This document shows, in pieces, positions 26,569 to 41,871 of a stretch of 64,000 nt of DNA. The position numbers were made by a program, and so were the translations under genes. This stretch comes from Epiperipatus broadwayi (Eukaryota; Animalia; Onychophora), in NCBI GenBank assembly GCA_028023455.1, contig JAQFVV010000001.1, positions 33,480,001 to 33,544,000 of the forward strand, read 5' to 3'. The notes under the pieces were generated by a model. That model was not told where the DNA came from and made no database searches. It saw only the letters and a list, made by a program, of their open reading frames with translations. Each line of letters opens with the position of its first letter. Position 1 is the stretch's first letter.

Positions 26569-27599
26569 TACTGATAAACACACTTATTAAAAACTTTCCT
26601 TTCAAACACATAGGCATATTTTTTTTATTTTTATCAAAAGGTCTCTATCAATGTTTAATTGTCTGGTTAATTTCAACCATTTAATATTAATAATCGGAAT
26701 GAGGTTTTTGTAGTTGTTGACTTCATCTAATTCATTACTCATAATCTTTATTTTTTTTATTTTTTAATAAGCTGTTCAACATTACTTTATGCTTTTTTAT
26801 ATTTATCTTTATTTCTAATTTTTTTTTTTTTTTGGTTTCATCTGCTAGCTTTTGTAATGATTCTTGAAACACTGAATCATTTTTTACTAAAATATTATTA
26901 TCATTTTCAAAAGCTAAATAATTTGTTATCTTGGATTTATTTAATCTACAAAATACTTTCAATAAAATTGTTGTAAAAAGTTTTGGAAGAATTGGAATCA
27001 CTTTCCTAACATCTTCACTACTATCCCCATATAGTGTCATTATTGCTGTTGCCTCATAATGCCATAGTTATTGTGCATGTAATGAGAGCAATATGGATAT
27101 CTAGGTGTGCTCTCATCTTTGATAACAAGAAGATATATTGGAAAAAAAAAATGGAAAAAGAATGGGATGACATGTTTTATAAAGGTTTGAAATTTTGGCC
27201 AAGAAAAACGTTTTTATTGGTATGGGGTGGTTATGTTCCTACAAGGTGTGAAATGTGGAGCTGAATGCACTTACAGAACACTGATTAAATGAAAGGTGGA
27301 GATAATGTAATTTACTTGATACATTTGAACTTAATTTATTTTTTAAAGTAATGATTGTTACGATGTATGTACTGAATCAAATGTAAATATAGTTTTTTAA
27401 ATAAAAAAAAAAATTATTGCTGTTGCATTTTTAGAAATATTCTTTAGTATTGGAAGTATCCCGAGTCTATTCTTGATGTTCTAAAGCTTTATTACTATTG
27501 ATATGTTTATATAATTGAATGCCTTTTCATAATTTACAAATTCAAAATATAATGGCAACTTGTGTACTATGTAGTTTTTGCCCCTTTCTGTTCTTTTAA

Positions 27600-27760
27600 T
27601 GCTCAAGATCATCAACAGTTATCAATCCACTGCAGGATGAAGGTCTCTCCAAGTTTAATCCATCTTCTCCGATTTTTAGCTTCTCTTCTCCACATGACCC
27701 TTGCACACTTTCTTATTTCATCCATCCATCTCACATGTGGTCTCTTTCTGGGTCATATGA
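27600..27760 (-). mobile_element. RTE LINE 3' end fragment
   Basis: Reverse-complement match to 53500-53657 (RPHVRWMDEI...WRREAKNRRRW). Confidence 0.75.
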
Positions 27761-30700
27761 TCTATTATGTAGTAACCATTTTTAATTGCAAGTATGTATG
27801 AGAGTATAAATAGAATTTTTTTTTTGGCCTTATTTTTTTTTTAAGTATATAATAGTCATTGGCATAAAATAAATTCAAAGCATTTAAAAAAAAAAAATTT
27901 TTTTTTTGCTTAGTTTTTCATTGAATAGCTGAGATTATAAATTTCCTTAGAATGTGCAGTGTTAGTGAATTTTTGTGTGCTCTTCTTTTTTTATTTTTTA
28001 TTAACTTATTTTTTAACATAAGTCCAGTTTTGACTTAGAGTAATAAAAATACTTATTTTAAACTGAGATTAATATTAAATCAACTACTACATAAAAAAAT
28101 GAAATTTATAAGATTTGTTATCTTATTAATGCACTAACTACATTCAATTTTTTTGCTTAATTATAACATTAAAGAATGTATGGTTTTGTATTATACTGGG
28201 TAAGTTGTTTATAAACAAACCTTAAAAAAAAAAAAAAAAACCCCAGTGAAAAACAAGTGTTTATTATACCTTGTAAAATGTTTGATAAATTTTGATTTAT
28301 TGTCAAGTACATTCATAATTGTTGCTTCTTTTAAATAGTGTAATGTTTTTTTTTTTATTTCAAGCTTAGTAGTATATTGTTGAATAAAAATTATTAAGAA
28401 ACAGTATTTAGTATAAGGTTAAAAAAAAAATAGTTGGAATTTCATTTATAGATAAAGGTCAATGATAGTAGAACTTTCAGTAGAATTGAATTTTGTGAAA
28501 TATTTCACTATTAAAAAAAAAAAAAAAGTTGTTTTCAGATATTTACTGAAAAATCATATAAATGTATTTAACACCAAGATATATCTGCAGATATAAATTT
28601 ATTTAATGCCTCTTTTCTTCCAAAGAGTAAGCTTGTGGTTAAGACCTGTAGAGGTCCCTATCTTTGCATTTTCAAGTGCACACACTTGAAGTTTATTGCC
28701 TTAATAAATATTACTTCTTCTTATGGAAAATACATTCCTGATTTATGTTTATATACCACAGGAGTGGTGATACAATGTATAAAGTTCAAAGATTTAAAAT
28801 TTTTTTTTAGCTTTTATAAAGTATTTATTTTTAATTGATTTCTATTTAAATCTCCCTAAAATAAAGTTCCATCCATTTTATATTTTTTTGTTACATAAGA
28901 TTATACTATATGATAATAAATGTTTCAAATTACTTCTATAGAATTATTTTTTTTTACAAAGTGGAAATTCTGTCCTAAAATGCTTTTGCAAATTGTAAAA
29001 TTTTTAATAATAATTAAGAAATTTAGAGAAAGCCGATTCTGTTTACTTGTTGTCTAGAATTCACAGTAATATAATTTATAAAATACTATTTTACATGCAC
29101 ACACATGGACACACAATTTGCCATTTTCTCTTATTGTTTGTTTTATATATATATATGAAAGGAAGACTTACAGCATATTAAAAAACAATTTACAAAATTC
29201 TTCCAGCATATACTTAAACACTATTGAAAAATAGCTTTCTATATCAAATTAAATATTCCAATAACTAAGGGGATTTTTTTTTTATGTTCATTGTAGCAAA
29301 TCTTATTTTAGCTGAAATTTTATTTTAACACTATAATTATCTAAGAAAAAAAAAATTGCAACAATAATGCAGAATTAAAAAAAAAAAAGCTATTATAAAA
29401 TAACAATGTAGTTTTTATCATAGATTAAACGTATTTCTTTTTTTAGAGTAAATAAATTTTAAGTTCAATCTAAATGGTGTTTTGCAGCAGTGAGGGTATA
29501 AATGTCATGCTGTCTTATTGAATGGTTTTCTAATAGCTGTGAGGAAGAGGGTCTGGCTGCTAAATATGTATGCATGACTGTCAAACGGATGCAGCTCAAG
29601 CTAGCAAGCAAATTTCCTCTGACATTTGTACACTAGGATTCATCAAAACATCAATCACTGCATTCAATGTGAGAAGAGCAAACAGACATCAGCAAAGCAA
29701 ACCAAAATAACCTCCCATGACACTAAAACACATAGAACTTAAGAACTATAATACAAAAATATAAAAGAAACTAAAAATGGAAAGCTAAAAACATGGTTGA
29801 TCTATGATTTATTCTATTTATTATGCAGGCAAAATAAAAATGTTTTCCTACAAACTTAAAATCAAATTCCAGCAAACTAATAATAATAATATAAGTTGTT
29901 TTGAAAGTTCATTATTTATGTACAGTATATTATCCATTCCCAAATTTTTCTACCTATTTCAGAATATAGAATAACCTACTAGTAAAATGCTTAATTCTTT
30001 ATAAATTATTAATAGCATTATAAACAAAAGCAGATTTTGCCAGCTAAAAGAAGAGGAAGGGTGATGGTATAATGGTAGAAATGGTTTTATTATTTTGAAA
30101 TATCCATATAATTGGAAATAATAGAAGGCTGTAAAATTGTTTAAACATACATAATTAAAAATCTGTAAAAAAAAGAGAAAAGGAATTAGTCTTACACTGT
30201 AATAACTGATTTTATTTAATCTAGTTTATTACAAATTTTATTTATTTTTTAATTACCTATTCATTTAAATCTATACTTAATTTTAAATAGAAATAGATGC
30301 TCCTGTAGTATGTGATCTATTTATTATTGAATTTATTGCAAGAAGTGAATTAAATAAAGCATGGAAATAATATATTTAGCAGCCACATGAACAAATCTTG
30401 CTTCATATTTTACAATGAAAGTAATTCATGCCAACCAATGTGTTAAAAGAAAGCAATCCATAATAAATGAAATGTAGGTATGAGACAAAATGCAAATTCA
30501 CAAGAAATTAAATTTCTAAAAACCAATTTTTATTTAATAAAAATATGAAATAATTTGTGTTTTAGCAAGCTAAAATCAATTCATTGCAATAAGTTTTAAA
30601 TAATAGCAGTCTGTCTATAAGAAATGAAATTCCAAAACTGAAATCCATTTAGGGAAAAAATGAAAAGTATATTATAAAATTTACACTAGTGAAACATAAG

Positions 30701-32104
30701 CAGCCATAAGTTCTATGTTTTACTATTTTCATACTATATTAGTTTTTACTTGTTAAAATGAACATTATTTTCATATCTTTGTTTAATACAGTTTGTGATA
30801 GAAACAAATTGCTTTTTGGAAGCTATATGAATTTGCACCCCCCTCCCATACTAGCATGTTTTTTGAAATGAATTGTTTTCATTATTAAATCTACATTAAC
30901 TGTGGATTGGTTTCAGTATAAAATATAAAAGAAGATATTTATTCCGTGTTATACTTTTATTTTCCTTTGTCTGATTGGAATGCAATAGTGTAGAGTAGTG
31001 ATTCTGATCACGAAAAATTAATATAATTGTGCATTTTGGTATTATATTGAATAAATGCCAAATAATTTTAGCATAATTTTGTGTTGAACAGTTCTGCTTT
31101 AGTGTTAATTTTATATTTTAGTTTCTATGGCTATATCTGATGGGTTGATGGTTACATTATAGAAGCATCTAAAATGTTACATTTTCCTTTCAAACTTTTA
31201 TAATAAAACTTAGTGAATTGCATATTGTTTTTTTAATATATTTTTTTGTTGATAAACATGACATTAATAGAATGAGATTATTCAGTAATAGATATCTGTC
31301 ACTAGAATATTAGTGATCCTATGAAATATACTGAGAGTAACTAGAATATTCAAAAATGGAAAGAAAACAAATATAAAATAAATAAATTATTTAGAAAAAA
31401 ACTACAGTAGCAATTAATATGTAAGTTTAAATGGACATGATGAAACTAATGACCGCTACCATCTGTCAAGAGCAGTGCTAAAATCAAATTTACTAGTCAC
31501 AAAAACAAAATACAACATGTGTGTGTGTGTTGGTATATGCTAAATCTGATTAGATATATTAATTGGAGTTATATAATCCTATTAATATGTAACTGATGCT
31601 ATTTATTATTCCACTATATCATGTCATGCTTTTTGTCATCTAAAAATGACATTTGACAAGCAGGTAGTAGTGCTATCAGAATATGCAGCAAAAACACTGC
31701 TGTTTTTAAAGACTTTTAAAAAGGTATAAAACTTATTGATTTAGTAGTGGAAGGAAAGAAAAAAATTCCAAAATGGTCTCCTGATGGCTAAAGTTGTAAC
31801 CATATTAATTTTTTTTTGATTAAAACTAAAAAAAGCTTTGCATCACATCAGATAGCTCAAAAGTCTTTATGAAGAGTTTAGCTGGGTTGACCATTTGAAA
31901 TAGATAACTGCAAGCCATTCATTGCAAATAGATGGGGTGTATGTATGACTGCATAGATTATGAAATTAACATGCATTAAAAACCTAGAAGTAATTGGAGT
32001 ATCATGCCTGTCAATATAGGCTGCTATTAAATTTTCAGTACAATTAAAAATATATACCTAAGAAAAATATGAATTTGTTATGATTGATTAAGTTCCAGAA
32101 TATA

Positions 32105-32192
32105 ATGAAAGCTACACATAATGTCTAACAAATGATGGAGTTAAAAGATATGAAAGCTACACATAATGTCTAACAAATGATGGAGTTAAAAA
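32105..32192 (+). repeat. Tandem duplication, 45-bp period
   Basis: atgaaagctacacataatgtctaacaaatgatggagttaaaa twice. Confidence 0.95.
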
Positions 32193-32467
32193 ATATTATG
32201 TCATCAGATGTGAAGAAAAATAATTCAGAAAGGAAAAAGAACCAGCAATGCAGACACTAGCAACCATGTTTTTTTTTCATTCTTAATACCACATTCTCAA
32301 ATGTGAATTTATGTGATCACATTTTCTTCATGATTCAAATACTATATCTGTTCAGTTCTATATCGTTATCATGTGTACTGTTTTATTTTTTTAGTGTAAA
32401 ATACTGCATTTTTTTTTAGAATCGTATTTCATAATTCAGAAAAAAACATCCTAAAGTATTTTCGTTA

Positions 32468-32800
32468 AAGGAGAAAATGAAAATTATTGATTTAGTAAAA
32501 AAAGACAAGTCTTAATCAGAAGTGATCCATATGTATCAAAAAAATGAATGTTCTATTAAGTAGTAATAAAGAAAAAGCAGATTCATGCTAGTATTGTTTC
32601 TGCTCCTGAAACAGCTAAAATTATAAGCAACGTAAGGAATGATTTTTTGGTCAAAACTGAAAAAGCCTTGAATCTATAACTGAACATTATTCTGGTTAAT
32701 GATTTTATATTGTGCCAGAAAGCATTAAGTCTTTACCAATAATTGAAGGCAATGGCTAACAATTCACAGCAAGTAAAAGATAACTTCAGAAAATTAGTAA
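32468..32800 (+). pseudogene. Tigger/pogo-like transposase N-terminal (HTH-psq / CENP-B-type) remnant
   Basis: KEKMKIIDLVKKDKS*SEV..YQKNECSIK..IHASIVSAPETAKIISNVRNDFLVKTEKALNL...LCQKALSLY. Confidence 0.75.
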
Positions 32801-35587
32801 TCCAAAACTTTCATTGTCTACTTAAAAAAATAATAATAAAGAAGTAAGTTTTATTACAATATTTTATTAAACACACACATTTTTCTGTAAATATGTAAAT
32901 GTGCTTTCTCAATTTAATATTGATAACTACATTACTATATTATTATTTTTTTAAATATTGTCTGCATCTTTAATTTATAAACACACATTATGCACAGAAA
33001 GCATGTTATATATGCATATGTATGTTGAAATGTACAGTACAATAAATAATATGCACCCGATTCTAATCATTGTTTATCAACAAAAGGTTATCTATTATAT
33101 GGTTTTCTTTATTATACATGGAGGAGCTTGGAAGAAAATAGTGTAGTTTGCAGTCCCATTGTAAAACTTGTTCTCAAAGAAGACAATTTGTTTTGAATAA
33201 TATTGATTTAGGTTATCACCATAATTTTATTAAGTATTTTATATTTAATAAAAATATTTACAAGCCAGATTTCAAATGTTTCTGAATGTTCCATTTGTAG
33301 ATTAATTAATAAAATTAGTATATTTATTGAAACAAATTAAAAAAAAAAAAATTATTCTTTTTTCTTTTCAAAAACTTGTATTTTATTTTATTTTGATGTG
33401 TTATAATATATGATATATTTATTGAATGGTATGAGATTTGCTTGGAAGAAGGGTATTGATTTAGATTCATTATTAAATAGTTTATTATGGTCTATTGATA
33501 GTAAATGTATTCTGAATGATTTATAATATTTCTTATAGTTGTAAAATTTACTTAATGAAAGAGGTAAAGTTCATAATAGTTATTTTAGTAGTATTTCAAT
33601 GTTATGTGATTTTCTATTTCATTCATACACATACATATAATAATATTTGCACATATATGTTTATATGCTTTATGAAGTGTATAATTATTCTTTGATGATT
33701 TTGGTTTTCTGTTCACTTAATGTATCAATAGTGATCATGGTGCACAGCGGAAATGCATTCTTAAAGCCTATTAACATACATGTGAAAAGTTTATTTCATA
33801 TAATTAATATATTTTAAAACAAAAATATACCCATTGAAAGCAAATAAGCCGTATCAATATTCATAACTTCATTTGTATGCTATCTAATAAAAAACTTAAA
33901 TAAATAAATAAATAAACAAACAAAAAAAAAAAAACATTGAAATTTGGAAATTTAGTACATTTTATAATATGCGAGTAGTCCTTTTCCCATTTCTGAATGG
34001 CTTATGTGATCATGTTTTCAAAAAAAAATTGTAAATAAAATTTACAATATGCTGACTATCATTTTTTGATCTCTAAGTGACATATATAATCTGGTTTATT
34101 AATAAAAATTTTTGGGTCTATGTTGAAAATACATATATTTTCTTTTATTATTTCTGAATTTGATGTGTAATATTCTTCATAATAAAATATTTTTTAAGTG
34201 TGGTGCTAAAAATTTTACAAAAAAATTATTAGTGAGAAATATAATATCACCCAGAGCATATTTAATTGCGATGAAAGTTTTTTAAAAATATTTTGTGAAT
34301 GAATCAGTGAACACACTATCAATAATGTATATGTATCCTCTCAATTTATTGTTAACAATTATATTATTTTTTTAAATTTTATTTATACTATAATCTTAAT
34401 TTATATATGTATACTCTATATATAAAAAGCATCTATGTATATACATGATGTAAAGTACTGTATATTTGTAGTTCAATAAAGCTATTGTAATCAAAAGTTT
34501 ATAAACAAAATGAGCTATTATATGCAATGTATATTTGTGCGGGGGGAGGGGGGCTTAGAACAAAAATGTGGTAGATATTGTCGAACCTTTGTATTGTATA
34601 TATGACTATTTGGACTATTTCTTTTAATAACTAATACGTAAAATTATAATTAATATGCTATTACAATAATTTTAATGTTTTTTTGTAAGTAGAAATAGTT
34701 TAGCAAGTTAATAATTGTTTACTTGCAACATTAAAATTTTTAATAAATATAATAATAGAAATTATACATTGCTAAATTAACTCATAAATTTTTATAAAAA
34801 TCTACATTAACAGACATTTTTTTATTTTTTTTTTCCAATATAAAAAACAACAACTTATATTAAAAAAATATCTTGCAGTAAAATTGTTATGAAACAACAA
34901 TTATATATTGGATTTCTTTTTTTTCTTAAAAACACCCCCCCCCCCCAATCTAAAATATTGCCAATTTGACTAAGAAAAGCTGCATGAAAAAAAAAAAAAA
35001 ACATAAGAACCCCCTCCCCCAATAATTATTCAACAAAGTTTGCAGCATATATATATCAAAAATTAATAAAACACTCGTTTGTAGATTTTACCAAAGCAAT
35101 TATCAGATTTTTTTTAATGCATCAAATATAAAAAAGACTGGAGCTTTTTATAGATCACTAATCCTTTAATACATCATCTTTCTAAAATACATTTATATAA
35201 AATTAAGAATATTATTGTATGAAATAAATATCTTATCACTGGATATTGTTTGAAAGTTTCAAAAAATATGATAACTGTAAATGGGGAAAAATATTTGAAG
35301 GTGGGAGAATAATATTTATAATGTTTTTAGCAGTAACATATAAACATTATATTTAACATAAATATCAATCTGAAACAATTATCCTAAGGAAAAAAAATCA
35401 TTTTCCCAATGCTTTATTAAATATAATAGACTTTTCCCCTTTAAACAGCTTAAATAAGCCATTTTAATTGCAATTGTTATTCAATCTAAATAAAGAACAT
35501 ATATATATTGAACAGGATACATTATTCAATTCAACTGTTCTATCACGTAAAGTAAAACCAAGTTTTATATGTGCAATAACACACATA

Positions 35588-36552
35588 CACCTGGGTCTCG
35601 TTTTATGCAGAATATTTTAATGCGATTTTGAAGTTATGCGATTCATGTTTCTTCTTAATATCTTTCATATTTTACTATATTTATTAGATATCAAGAAATT
35701 TAAATTATTAATAACTTATTTTCACTGTCTTTTTTTTTCTTTCAAAAATATAACGATATATTAGACATGAATATGGCTTGAAGCTGTATTTAGAATTTTA
35801 GCTTCTATGTAAATAACCTATTTATACTAATGAGTAAATAATAATAATAGATTTATACTTACATATAAAATATCGCAATAAATATTCAAAAAAATTAGAA
35901 ACTTTAAAACGTATATTTTGTTATATATAACTGAAATAAATAATCTTTTAGATTTTGAAAATAAAAAATGAAGATTTTATAAACTGAAAATAATCTTTTT
36001 AATGATAATGTATAATCTTTTTGTTTTGATTTCGATCTCTTTTTTTAAATATAGAAACAGAAAACTATTATTACAGCATAAGACTGAAAATGGCTCTAAT
36101 TGTACATCATATCACGAATAAAAATAAAGTGGCTAACAGGTTTCTCTGGGCATAATTGCTGAAAGATTCTTGACTTCGTTTAAGAAGCTACAATACATCA
36201 CATCGAATCTGATTTCTTTCCAGTTTACAAATGAACGCTAGCGGTAATGATTAAAATATGTATGAAAAATGTAAAATTAAATATTGTAGTTAATAAAAAA
36301 AGTAAAAAAAGTTTGTCTTGTATTAATTTTTTTCAAATATTTGAAATTTTTTATTAGTCATACTTTATTTTCTTATTTTTTTAATGCGAATTTTAAAGTA
36401 ACTTTTCTTTGTTGCTTTGCTTTTATGCGAATTCTGAAAATTACAGACCCTATCCCCCATTTTTCAAGGTAAGTTAAGTCTATTTTTGTGCGATTTTTTT
36501 TAATGCGAGTTTTCTGTGGAACCTATCTACTGCATAAAACGAGACCCAGGTG
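35588..36552 (-). mobile_element. Same MITE family, subtype 2, inverted
   Basis: TA-cacctgggtctc...gagacccaggtg-TA; interior is the reverse complement of the interior of 54957-55837. Confidence 0.9.
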
Positions 36553-36895
36553 TACTTATTTATATTGAAATCTTATATTTTTAATTCTCAATTGATTTTA
36601 GTATAAAATATTTTTTTTATGACGCTTGTTTTCTTTTAAAATAATTAAAAGCAAGCAACGGTTAATTAATCTTTTTATAAAAGTATTTTATTTTTTTAAA
36701 AAAAGTATGATTTATTTTTAAAGCCGAGATTTAGTTTGGCATGTTTTTTTTTTTTAAAAAAAATGATTTTGTAAGATAAAGCTCTGTCAGATGTTGTTTT
36801 TCTAATTAAGATTGAGCAGGAGATAGTGATTTACCCTGGTTGAAACTTGCAATAAAAGATCGCACAGGAGATAATGATGGATATAAATAGCTTTT

Positions 36896-36954
36896 TCATT
36901 CATTCATTCATTCATTCATTCATTCATTCATTCATTCGTTCATTCATTCATTCA
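36896..36954 (+). repeat. (CATT)n microsatellite
   Basis: About 14 near-perfect units read directly. Confidence 0.95.
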
Positions 36955-37149
36955 GACTATTGTAGTCACTCAGCTTATTTATTCTGATTGCTCAGATTAT
37001 TCAATTTCTTGTTATTGAGGATTCATCCAGATTTTTCTGTTATTGAACTGCTGCATTATTGAAGTGATTCTGATTTTATTCAATATTTATTCAATGGGAA
37101 TCACCAAGTTGGATTTCTGTTGACCGACAATAATTTCTATTTGCCATGA

Positions 37150-38600
37150 TAGTAGCGGCCATTCAGATGCCATGCCTATAATCTATGCCATGAAGAATCT
37201 CCTCAACATGATGGGCTAAATCTTTCCAAAGATGAACCTCCGGAGCTCCAAAATTGTGACCTCAATCATAACCTAAGTTCCAAGTCCAGATCTGATTCCG
37301 ATAGTGCTTCAATTCTTAGGAATCTGGAGTAAATTTAAGCCACCATATAGAACTCTTTATAAACTGAACTTTGTGCAAACAGCAGAAATTAATATTATCT
37401 CAAGGTAACTTACCTTCCATATTGAAACCAGGGGTAAACCTTTAATTAAGTCTCTAGAAAATCTCAGCTTAATCTTAAAAGAAATTATATGTATGATGTG
37501 TGACCTATTAATTTAAATATTAATGTATTTTTTTATATTAGAATTTTAGTGGCAAGATTTTCCATCTTAACATATTATTTTTATGAGAGCGTATGGCAAG
37601 TGATCCTTTATATGCTTAATGTTTTTTTTGCTCTATGATTAACGCTTGATAAATACTCAGGTCGATCTTAGTAGTTTTCTTTTACTCACCTGTTTTTTGT
37701 TCGTTTTATTTGTCATTAAACTTAATCAAACTTGGTTTGCATTTTCTCCAGACTGCTGTTTTTTTGGCTGGCGGTTTATCGAATATATAGTTCTGTTTTC
37801 TTGGTAGAGATTTATTTTCTATAGTTCAGATTACGTAGTCTGTAATCTTAACCTTTTTTTGTGTGAGACTAACCTTGGCTTGTTTAAATGTACTTGCTCA
37901 TGAGCGTTTTGCAGAATTAGGACATTCTTAGTTACGACGTTTCTTTTCCGGACTAAGCAAAGCTCGTCTGTGCTGTCCTGTTTATTCTCCATAAGCATCC
38001 ATCTTTCTAAATCTCTATAGAGTAAAATGGAATTGGTTTAGTTGAACTGCTAGCAGAAAAATATAAGCCTTATTATGTTATGGATGAGAAATGAACTTGT
38101 CCACCTGGGTATTTAATATATTAATGCTTGCATACACTCAAGGCTAAGATCTGCTAAGGTTTCATGTTTATTTTGTTATATGTTTAATAAATTTAAAAAA
38201 GTTCTTGCAATTATTTTTGCTGACGTTTGTCTCAGTGTTTTCTCAACTGTCTGAACAACATTCACAAGCTCTTGCTTTCCCTGGGTTTAGTCCGGCATAT
38301 TCAGGTTTGTATATCTTGTCCACCCTTAAAATAAATATCTAGTTCTGAATTATCGCAGTAGTGGCCCGCTTGTGGTCAGTATATGTGAAACCAAAATCTT
38401 TTGTCCATACAATATATTGTAACAGGCATATTTGCACATTCAATAAAATCCAGTTTTGACAAATTATCCCAAAGCTGATCTAGATGAGGGATTGTCAGCT
38501 CAAATCAGATCGCACCTCAGTTTCTTCGCCAATGCTCAGTGATTTACTATCCTATCGATGGCATATATGAGGTTACACTCTGTCTTATTTAGTTCGAGAG
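37150..38600 (-). pseudogene. Probable Ty3/Gypsy pol remnant (RNase H then integrase), very decayed
   Basis: Minus strand in expected order: FTYTDHK...NPGK at the usual spacing (about 30 aa), LILQNAHEQVHL (HH of the zinc-binding motif), KIDL, GLPLVS-(DN)GR-like. Confidence 0.5.
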
Positions 38601-39407
38601 TCTGCAGTAGAACAGAGTGAAGTATGAGACTGGGAATAATCAATAAATTAGCAATTAACTAAATAGACAGACACACGGCTTGCTGAGATAATGCATATAC
38701 TAATAATTAATACTAAAATTAATAGATTTGGATAAGATTTGGGACGGACTGCGAATAACACACTAAACATTTCAAATTTATTAATACATAACCGAAGTGC
38801 ATTGGGATTTTACACTTGCAGATGTTATACAATGATGAGTTGAGTTGGATACAGGGGTCTCATCCTTTACGATGCACTTTAATCGTGTTAACTTTAAGTT
38901 CATTACAATTAATATACATTTAATATGATATGTCACGCAATCTAGGTATGCTATGTGTTAATCTTACAAGAATGACTGACAATATAATTTATTTTGATTA
39001 ACTTATACATAATGAGAGCAATAAATGTACTCCCTATGCAGATTATTACATATACTACATCTGATATTCAGACCAATGCTGAACTGAATACTAATGTGGA
39101 GGGACAAAGTGATATTTCTAGTGAATCTTCTGATACTAAGGTGCTACATTAACTAAATAAGTGTTGCGGGACGAATGTGTGATTAGTCATGGGATTCAGA
39201 ACCAAGTATTTGGTTTCCTAGGATCTTACGACTTGCTATTAAAGTATGAACCTTACTTCGGGGATCAGAGCAGCTTCACAAATTGGTTTCTTGACCTTCA
39301 TGTTACAGTTCTAGAGAGGCACTTCGAACTAATAATGGGATGGCATTTCAGCAGGAGCCCATTTATGTAGAAATATACCAAGGCATATTGCACGTGTGTG
39401 CTCTGTA

Positions 39408-39563
39408 AAATCACATTTGTAATACTTACTGAAATAATTTTAAAATTAAATTAGTGCGCTAAATATTTGTTTCATTCTCAAAAGTAAATCACATTTGTAA
39501 TACTTACTGAAATAATTTTAAAATTAAATTAGTGCGCTAAATATTTGTTTCATTCTGAAAAGT
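39408..39563 (+). repeat. Tandem duplication, 78-bp period
   Basis: aaatcacatttgtaatacttactgaaat...tttcattct(c/g)aaaagt twice. Confidence 0.95.
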
Positions 39564-41871
39564 ACCATCTTCCAGTTTGTTAATTAGTATACTTAAAACA
39601 TGCTAAGAAGGATTTCATTACAGTAATCTAGTTTAAAGATTAAATCTGTATAGTTTATATATTAAACCGAGGTAGAGAAAAGCATATTTGGGGTTTAATT
39701 AATTATTTATGTTTTTATAATATAATTATTGTGATTATTTAACTATAATTCATTAACATGCAAACCTAAATGATAAGCTAAGACATAATAGCCTAACTAA
39801 ATATACATATACAAGAATAGATATCAAATCAGAGATTTAAGTTTGCTAAATAAGCAGCATAAATTAATTACATGAGAGCTTCTAATCATCTCTACATTAC
39901 TAATATTATTAATCTCCATTTTAAATTATGGCATATTGTAATGTCAGTAAAATGAAACAATATAATATAAAAGGCATGACCACAGATTAGGAAAGTATAG
40001 ATATAATAATTTAATACAGTTGTGTTTAGGAGAATTATTAAATTACAATTATTCATTTAGTAGGCAAGATTATTCTAGTTATTACTATTAATCTAAAAGT
40101 TATATTAAATTTGTATTACATAGTTTAGTTTAATTTATTGAGAAAACATTTAGAAGTTATAATTTATGAACGTTCACAATTTAAATAGTGAACTTGAGAA
40201 ACTTTAAAAGTCATTTAATCTTAGATTTATTTTTAAAGAGCTCTGCGGGAAGAAATGTTACCAGCATTCTTCCTTGGGCTGAGCTGTCTGGCATTGTAGT
40301 GGCACTGTTACTTTTCTAGGCAGGCTGTTCTTTGATGTTTTCATGGTTTGCTGTTGCACTCAAACTCCATTCCCATAGGCCAGTCAACGAATTTAGTAGC
40401 CTTCTAGCCACTCATTTCCATTATCAAAATGAGTGTAGCTCCTGGCAGTAAGTGTTTGGTTTATTTAGAGAATGAACTTTCAGAGCTGAAATTTGGAAGT
40501 TTTTATATTAATTTTTTGATTCCCCCCTGCAAAATCTATTAACTTGTTTACAGTTTTAAGTTTTTTATCTTTAAATTTAATATTGTGTTATTATTTTTAA
40601 AATTCAGTGTTAAGATTTTAGAAAAGACAAAAGCAAAATTTAATGAATAACAACATAGTGCTGGTTGAATGATTTTGCTTTATCTTAAAATGTATTTTAG
40701 ACTTATTTTGAAATCAAACCAGGTGCGTGTGTGATATTTTTCAAGACACATGCTATCTTTTAACCATTTCATCGTCGAAGCAGCTGTATTGAATATTTAA
40801 AAAATTATGTTAAGCCACAAATTTTATAATAACTTAAGTTTGTAATGATATAATATATATTGTTTGAAACAAAACACCAAAGAATGTAATGAAGCTGAAA
40901 AAAGATAGCTATTGATATTCAAAAAAAAATATTTCTAAAAATTATTTTTATATTTCATAAATTCTAAATTTTCATGCAGTAATTTGAAAACTACTTTTGT
41001 TAATAAATTATTTGCATTCGTCATTAAATTTCCAATAAACTGATGTATAATAACACTAACCTGAGGTAATCCATCACTTGAACACTTCATAGAGTAAATA
41101 TATTAGTACCTTTTCCTAATAGACCTTCAAAGTGTTTTTCCATACAGGGGTTTGTAATGAATATGTCATCCATAATAAGAAGTAGTTAATATTGATCAAT
41201 AATTAATATAATTTGAATATTATAATAAAGAACTTCAATAAAGTTTGTAATTTATTCAAATTACTACTAAAATGTTCACTATATACAAAATAAAATAATA
41301 AAATAAAAAGTTAATGAAATGCTAAGTTCATTATAGAGTTAAACTTGAGGTACATAAGTTAGTGGTTTAGAGTCAGAACTATGTAGTATTATTATTTATT
41401 TTACCTGTCAGCTTGTGGCAAACACTTCATCTTGTTAGGTAGAATTTACCTAAAATAAAAAATCAAGTACTTACTACAAAATGATAGCTTACAATTAAAA
41501 TAATACAACCAAATGCAAATACAACTTAATCATTAGAGCTATTAATGAGCATTTACATAGGGAGATTTTGGCTGAACTGGCATGCTAGTTGACACTTCTG
41601 CAAAAGTGTTGTGATGCTTGAGATGTGTCACCTATCACACTTTCACTGTGATAAATAGCTAGAATACCCAGATATTGGCCAGCATCTGAAGTTGTATCTT
41701 TTTCTGCATACAATATGGAACACATCCATTATGGCTATTGGCACATGTCCACCATTTGAAACCTCACTTTATAGGTTTTGAGGGCTCATATTGCTTCATG
41801 CTACTATAATCAATAAATTTTGTAAGAACTTGTAGATTTATAACTTTACGTTTGTCCAAATTATGATAATA

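Noticed and set aside
36896-37150. (TGAA)n tail marking the 3' end of an L2/CR1 LINE
   Set aside because: No LINE ORF2 motifs adjacent; nearby coding remnants look Gypsy-like.
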